Of a stretch of 64,000 nucleotides of DNA, positions 59,573-64,000 are shown piece after piece. The stretch spans positions 868,001-932,000 of the forward strand of contig AP026137.1 of NCBI GenBank assembly GCA_030295235.1. Reading direction: 5' to 3'. Under the pieces are notes generated by a model that searched no databases, had not been told where the DNA came from, and saw nothing but the letters and a program-made list of their open reading frames with translations. Numbering within the stretch: position 1 is the first letter of the stretch; each line of letters opens with the position of its first letter. Source of the stretch: Fistulifera solaris. Taxonomy: Eukaryota. The position numbers and the translations under genes are program-made.

Positions 59573-60870
59573 ATGACTGTTCGACACATCCTGGCGAGGA
59601 GCTGGCAAAGTGCCGCAGGAGGGAGAATATATAGTACGACCCGACCAACTCCTCCAACGACAAACGCCTATACGACAACAAGTCGAGCTCTGTCGTTAGG
59701 ACCGCTTTTACAGAGCATGCTTCTTCTACTTCAGAGAGTACAGTCGCAAATTCATCTTCCTCATCGTCTCCTGTTTCACGTCTCAAAAGTACCATGACAA
59801 CTCCGCCCCGCTTAGCTCCTTCTTCTCCTTCACCGTTTTACTTCAATTCCGATTTGCGTCGACGCAAAGCACGCCGCACCAAACAAAGTCCCGTACAACA
59901 ACAACAACCATTGACGAGTGCTCCCGCCGCCGATGTTGTTACAGGACAGTTACTACCCGTCACTGCGCGTCATATTGCACAAAACATTGATCTATTTTCC
60001 GTACTCAAACGCGTCTTTTCCGGAACACGAGCTCCTACGAAACAAAAAGTCTTTGGCAATAAATACTTTGTTCTCGAAATGCCCACCACGATTCCCTCGA
60101 AACCCAGTTACGTGGCGGTCTTCAAATTCGGTTCCATTGTGGCCCTCAATGTATCACCCCGTGACCTTGATGTTTGGATTAAAGAAATCAAGCAAATGCA
60201 CGTCAAAGACCCGGCGCTCTCGGGATTTGAACGCAAAGAAAACTACGGTATCTTAGTCGATGCCTCACAATCCGCCTTTGACGTCAGTACGCCCCATGCG
60301 GACGACAATCTCGTGGTCGCCGAGGAAAATGTTGTAGTGACGGGAGACATGTGCATTGTACCGGAACTCGATATGAACGGGGTCGCCGTCATTGCCAATA
60401 TCATGGCGCAGACCGTGGCACTCGACAGTTACAATGAATTGGTCGATGGTTTGCTCAGTAACTTTGCCGAAATCAATGCCAAAGTCACGGAAACGGGAAA
60501 ATTCACTCAAGCCGACAAGGACTTTTTGTTCCGGTCCGTCGCACAGAACAATAGTATCTTTATTGATATGATCAGTCGCGTCCGCATCAAAGATCGATCC
60601 GATATGGCGTGGCATTACGCTAAGTACGAGAAGATTCATTCCGGAATGAAACAAGAATTTGAAATTGACGATCGATTCGATCATATTGAGTTCAAACTGA
60701 ATTTGATTCAACAGAATGCCAAGTTCTTTTTGGAAGTCTTGCAACATCAAAAGAGTAATTCGTTGGAATGGATCATTGTGGCGTTGATTTCCGTGGAGTG
60801 CGTCATTATGTGCATTGATATGACGGGCATGGGTGAGCCTTTGTTCAAGACGTTGTCGAGCATTATTTAG
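59573..60870 (+). CDS. DUF155 (RMND1/Rmd1/YagE) family protein, probably mitochondrial; frameshift near 59790
   Basis: FKFGSIV; AQTVALD; EFEIDDRF..IEFKL; SNSLEWIIVALISVE. Confidence 0.88.
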
Positions 60871-61374
60871 ATTATTAAAAGACGTAGTTTCTTAGTCTGC
60901 TGGCTCACTGGGTGATGTGATTTTGAACTAGTTGCGTTTAAGAGCAAACTTTTTGTAGACTTATCAAATATCTATTGAGGGCACCACACCCTACTAGTCT
61001 AGCGATCTATTGCGATCCGTAGTTCATTCGGTTCCTGCGTTTAGTCATGAGGAGAGGGTCTTCTTGTTATCAAAGAGCAATGCTCTTTGAAATAAACTTA
61101 CAAGTACTTGATCGTGAAAGACCCAGACTGATTATTCCAAGACCTAACCCCCTCGAACGGCTATGGGCTAATGAGTGTCCAAAACCAGTAGGACTCGATT
61201 TATGTCTCACATTTTCAACTCGGTAAAAACAAAACCGAACTCTCACATTTTCGTTGTTGCTAATGCGAAGCATCATCAAAATGTCCATGAAAATGACGGC
61301 TTTACAAACAAAATTGGAACGCTTTCCTTGATTCATAAATTTGTGAGAAAGTAGCGTGAAACGTTTGTACTATC

Positions 61375-62752
61375 ATGTGGCATCGTCTCTTCTCTTTCGC
61401 TGCACTAACCATCTTGCTTCAAAAGGATGCCGATGCACAAGATGCTTCGTATGGTGTCGATTGTTCGTTTCCGATTTTCAGTAAGGATCTGAAATGCAGC
61501 GATCTGCTGGGTGACCGAAAAGCCGTGTATGACGAATTTATGGACGGATGTCGCAAATACTACGGAGCTAAAGGTAATCGATGTGATACAACAGAGGATG
61601 ACCGCATCGCTATGGATATTTATCAGCCCCAATCAATGGTGGTAAGTTAAGGGCAACAGTGACGATACAAAGCAATAAACTTGTCTTCCGGAAACTTCTT
61701 ACAATCGGCTCTGTGCAACGCATTTTTAGAACTATACGTCGACAGGTTTCAAAAAGATAAAGGCGCCTAAGGCGGTCATGGACCTCCTTCTCGATCACTG
61801 GAATAAAAACAATCAAGACAGAAAAGAGGAACGCTGGCCAGCTGGTAACATTTACGTCAATCATTGGGCATCACCGACGTATATGGTAAGCGTCGAAGAT
61901 CAATCGCTGCGCGGTGGTGGTTACAAACTGAAAACGGATATTTGGGATGCTGTGAAATCGACGATTGAAGAGTGGACAGGCATGGAGCAAAATCCAATTT
62001 CCATGTACGGTATCCGGATCTACACAGACGGGGCTATATTGAATCCTCACGCCGACCGTCTTCCTTTGGTGAGCTCTTGCATTATCAACGTGGCACAGGA
62101 TGTTGACGAACCGTGGCCATTGGAAGTATATGATAGGAACAATAATGCTGTCAATGTTACCATGGAGCCCGGAGATATGGTATTGTACGAGTCAGGGTCG
62201 CTGATCCATGGGCGACCGTTCGCATTGAAGGGCAAGTATTTTGCAAACATTTTCATACACTTTGAGCCCACTGGTCGTCGATTGCATGACAAGTCGGATG
62301 AATATCTGGACGATCTGGACTCCTTTCTTCCACCTTACGTTATTCCTGACTCACCTGGTGCCGCCGAGTGGTCGAAAAAGAATCCACAAGGGTGGAAGAA
62401 GCCGACTCCATCGGCGCCGATCCAACAAATCAATTCTCCAGAGAGTCATTATGCTGCCGCCCATGGTGATTTATCACGTTTGGAGTCAGTGTTACAAAAA
62501 GATCACCGTCTATTACACAAGAAAGATAACAATGGATGGCTGCCTTTGCACGAGGCAACGCGTGCTGGTCACAAAGACGTTGTGGAATTTTTAATAAAAA
62601 ATGGGGCAGATAAAAATGCTCGTACCGGAAGAACAGGCGATGGGAGCACACCTTTGAATTTAGCTTTGGCCTATCATGGCCCTGATCATGAGCTCTGCAA
62701 GTACCTTCAGAGTCTTGGCGCAGCAAACTTGCCCAATAACGGTGAGCTGTAA
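61375..62752 (+). CDS. Secreted 2OG-Fe(II) oxygenase-like protein with C-terminal ankyrin repeats; one intron (~61642-61729)
   Basis: Signal peptide; HADR..WPL..PGDMVLYE..HGRP; GWLPLHEA..GH..VVEFL..GAD.NA. Confidence 0.85.
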
Positions 62753-63197
62753 CCATCGCGAATCGGAATTATTCGAATGGATCAAAATACTTGGATCGTT
62801 TCATAGCACGAACACCTTTATAATTGAAGCCTGGTCAGAATTTATACACTCTATTTCGTCAAATCGTCCTCAACTCTTTCGTTCCATCATTTCGGTTATA
62901 GTCATTGCAAATCGAAGGTCTCTCGCCCTTTGGACGGATTGGGCGTTTCATTTTTTTGAATTCGACGTTGAACGTTATTTGCCGTTATTTTCACCTTTTA
63001 CTCTGCTCGAATGAGTAGGAGGGCTTCTTTCACTCGCCATTTGACGAGTTCAAACCCGAACTGCAAAATTCTATTGGTGTTAATCCGAACCGTGCCATTT
63101 TCTTGCACGACAACCATAATCTTTGCCTGTTTTAAACAACGGCTCGTCATACAAGTCACAAAACAAAAAAGCTGGCCGTAGCAACTGGAAATATATC

Positions 63198-64000
63198 ATG
63201 ATCCGCTCTTTATTGGTTGCATGGCCAATACTCCTCCTTGCACAGGGCGAGGAATACGCGACCGACTGTTCCTTTCCGATATTCAGCACTGATTTGAAAT
63301 GCGGCGACAAGCTGGGTGATCGAAGAACATTCTACGAAGATTATATCGAAGGATGCCGTCAATACCACGGGCCACAGAAAGCAAAACGATGTGACGCAAC
63401 TGAAGCAGACCGTATTGACATGAACAATCGTCAGCCTCAATCTATGGTGGTAGGTAGCACGGGTAGTAGAAGCGTAGGCAAACAAGAGTGTCTTGCTGCA
63501 GTATTTTCTGACACATCCGTGCTGTTTCTTCCCGCAGAACTACACCAGCACGGGTTTTATGAAGATACGTGCACCGAAGGAGGTCATGGCCTTACTGACT
63601 CGACACTGGGAAACCAACAAAGTCAATATGAAGGAAGAGCAATGGCCCGTGGGAAGTATATACGTGAACTATTGGGAATCGAAAACGTACATGGTTTCCG
63701 TTGAAGATACCAAGTTACGCGGAGCAGGTGCGACGCTCAAAGAAAAAGATCTGGGATGCCGCCAAGTCGACCATCGAACAATGGACCGGAATGGAATTAA
63801 AGCCAACGAGTATGTACGGTATTCGCATGTACACCGATGGCGCTGTTCTGAGTCCCCACGCCGATCGCCTTCCTTTGGTCAGCTCTTGCATCATTAACGT
63901 CGATCAAGATGTCGACGAACCGTGGCCTCTGGAAGTGTACGATCGACAGGGAAACGCCGTGAATGTGACAATGGAACCGGGTGATATGGTGCTTTACGAG
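63198..64000 (+). CDS. Tandem paralogue of the preceding oxygenase-like gene; truncated by the window end
   Basis: DCSFPIFS.DLKC.D.LGDR; QPQSMV|NYTSTGF with the same intron position; HADRLPLVSSCIINV. Confidence 0.88.

Noticed and set aside
6779..64000. Frequent frameshifts (DnaJ, TPR, HA protein, CHLH, reductase, DUF2254 and others) as programmed frameshifting or mass pseudogenisation
   Set aside because: They affect conserved genes such as CHLH, often lie at homopolymer runs, and are single-base indels rather than in-frame stops; sequencing or assembly error is the simplest explanation.

Overview
Gene-dense eukaryotic nuclear DNA, most likely from a pennate diatom (short GT-AG introns, bipartite plastid presequences with an aromatic +1 residue, HA-repeat protein). 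About 30 genes are supported: WDR75/UTP17 (partial), an RmlD-like SDR fused to DUF1349, a YacP-type NYN nuclease, DnaJ, a TPR protein, a tandem cluster of 5-6 MYND-finger paralogues with an embedded SRP54 fragment, an HA-repeat protein, COQ9, polyprenol reductase, Mg-chelatase H, DUF2254, VIP1/PPIP5K, two CDPKs, a JmjC-Tudor protein, CSP41b, a HAD hydrolase, argC, syntaxin 16, a DUF155 protein and two secreted 2OG-oxygenase-like paralogues. There is also a 5'-truncated CRE-like non-LTR retrotransposon with poly(A) tail and target-site duplication. The most unusual signal is non-coding. Three families of hairpin- or palindrome-containing tandem repeats (A, B, C) all have a ~210-230 bp period and lie upstream of genes. 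Family A has a conserved ~65-bp structured core that alternates between two subtypes across diverged arrays. Many genes carry single frameshifts, often at homopolymers, which are probably assembly errors. All calls are by motif recognition; no searches were run.
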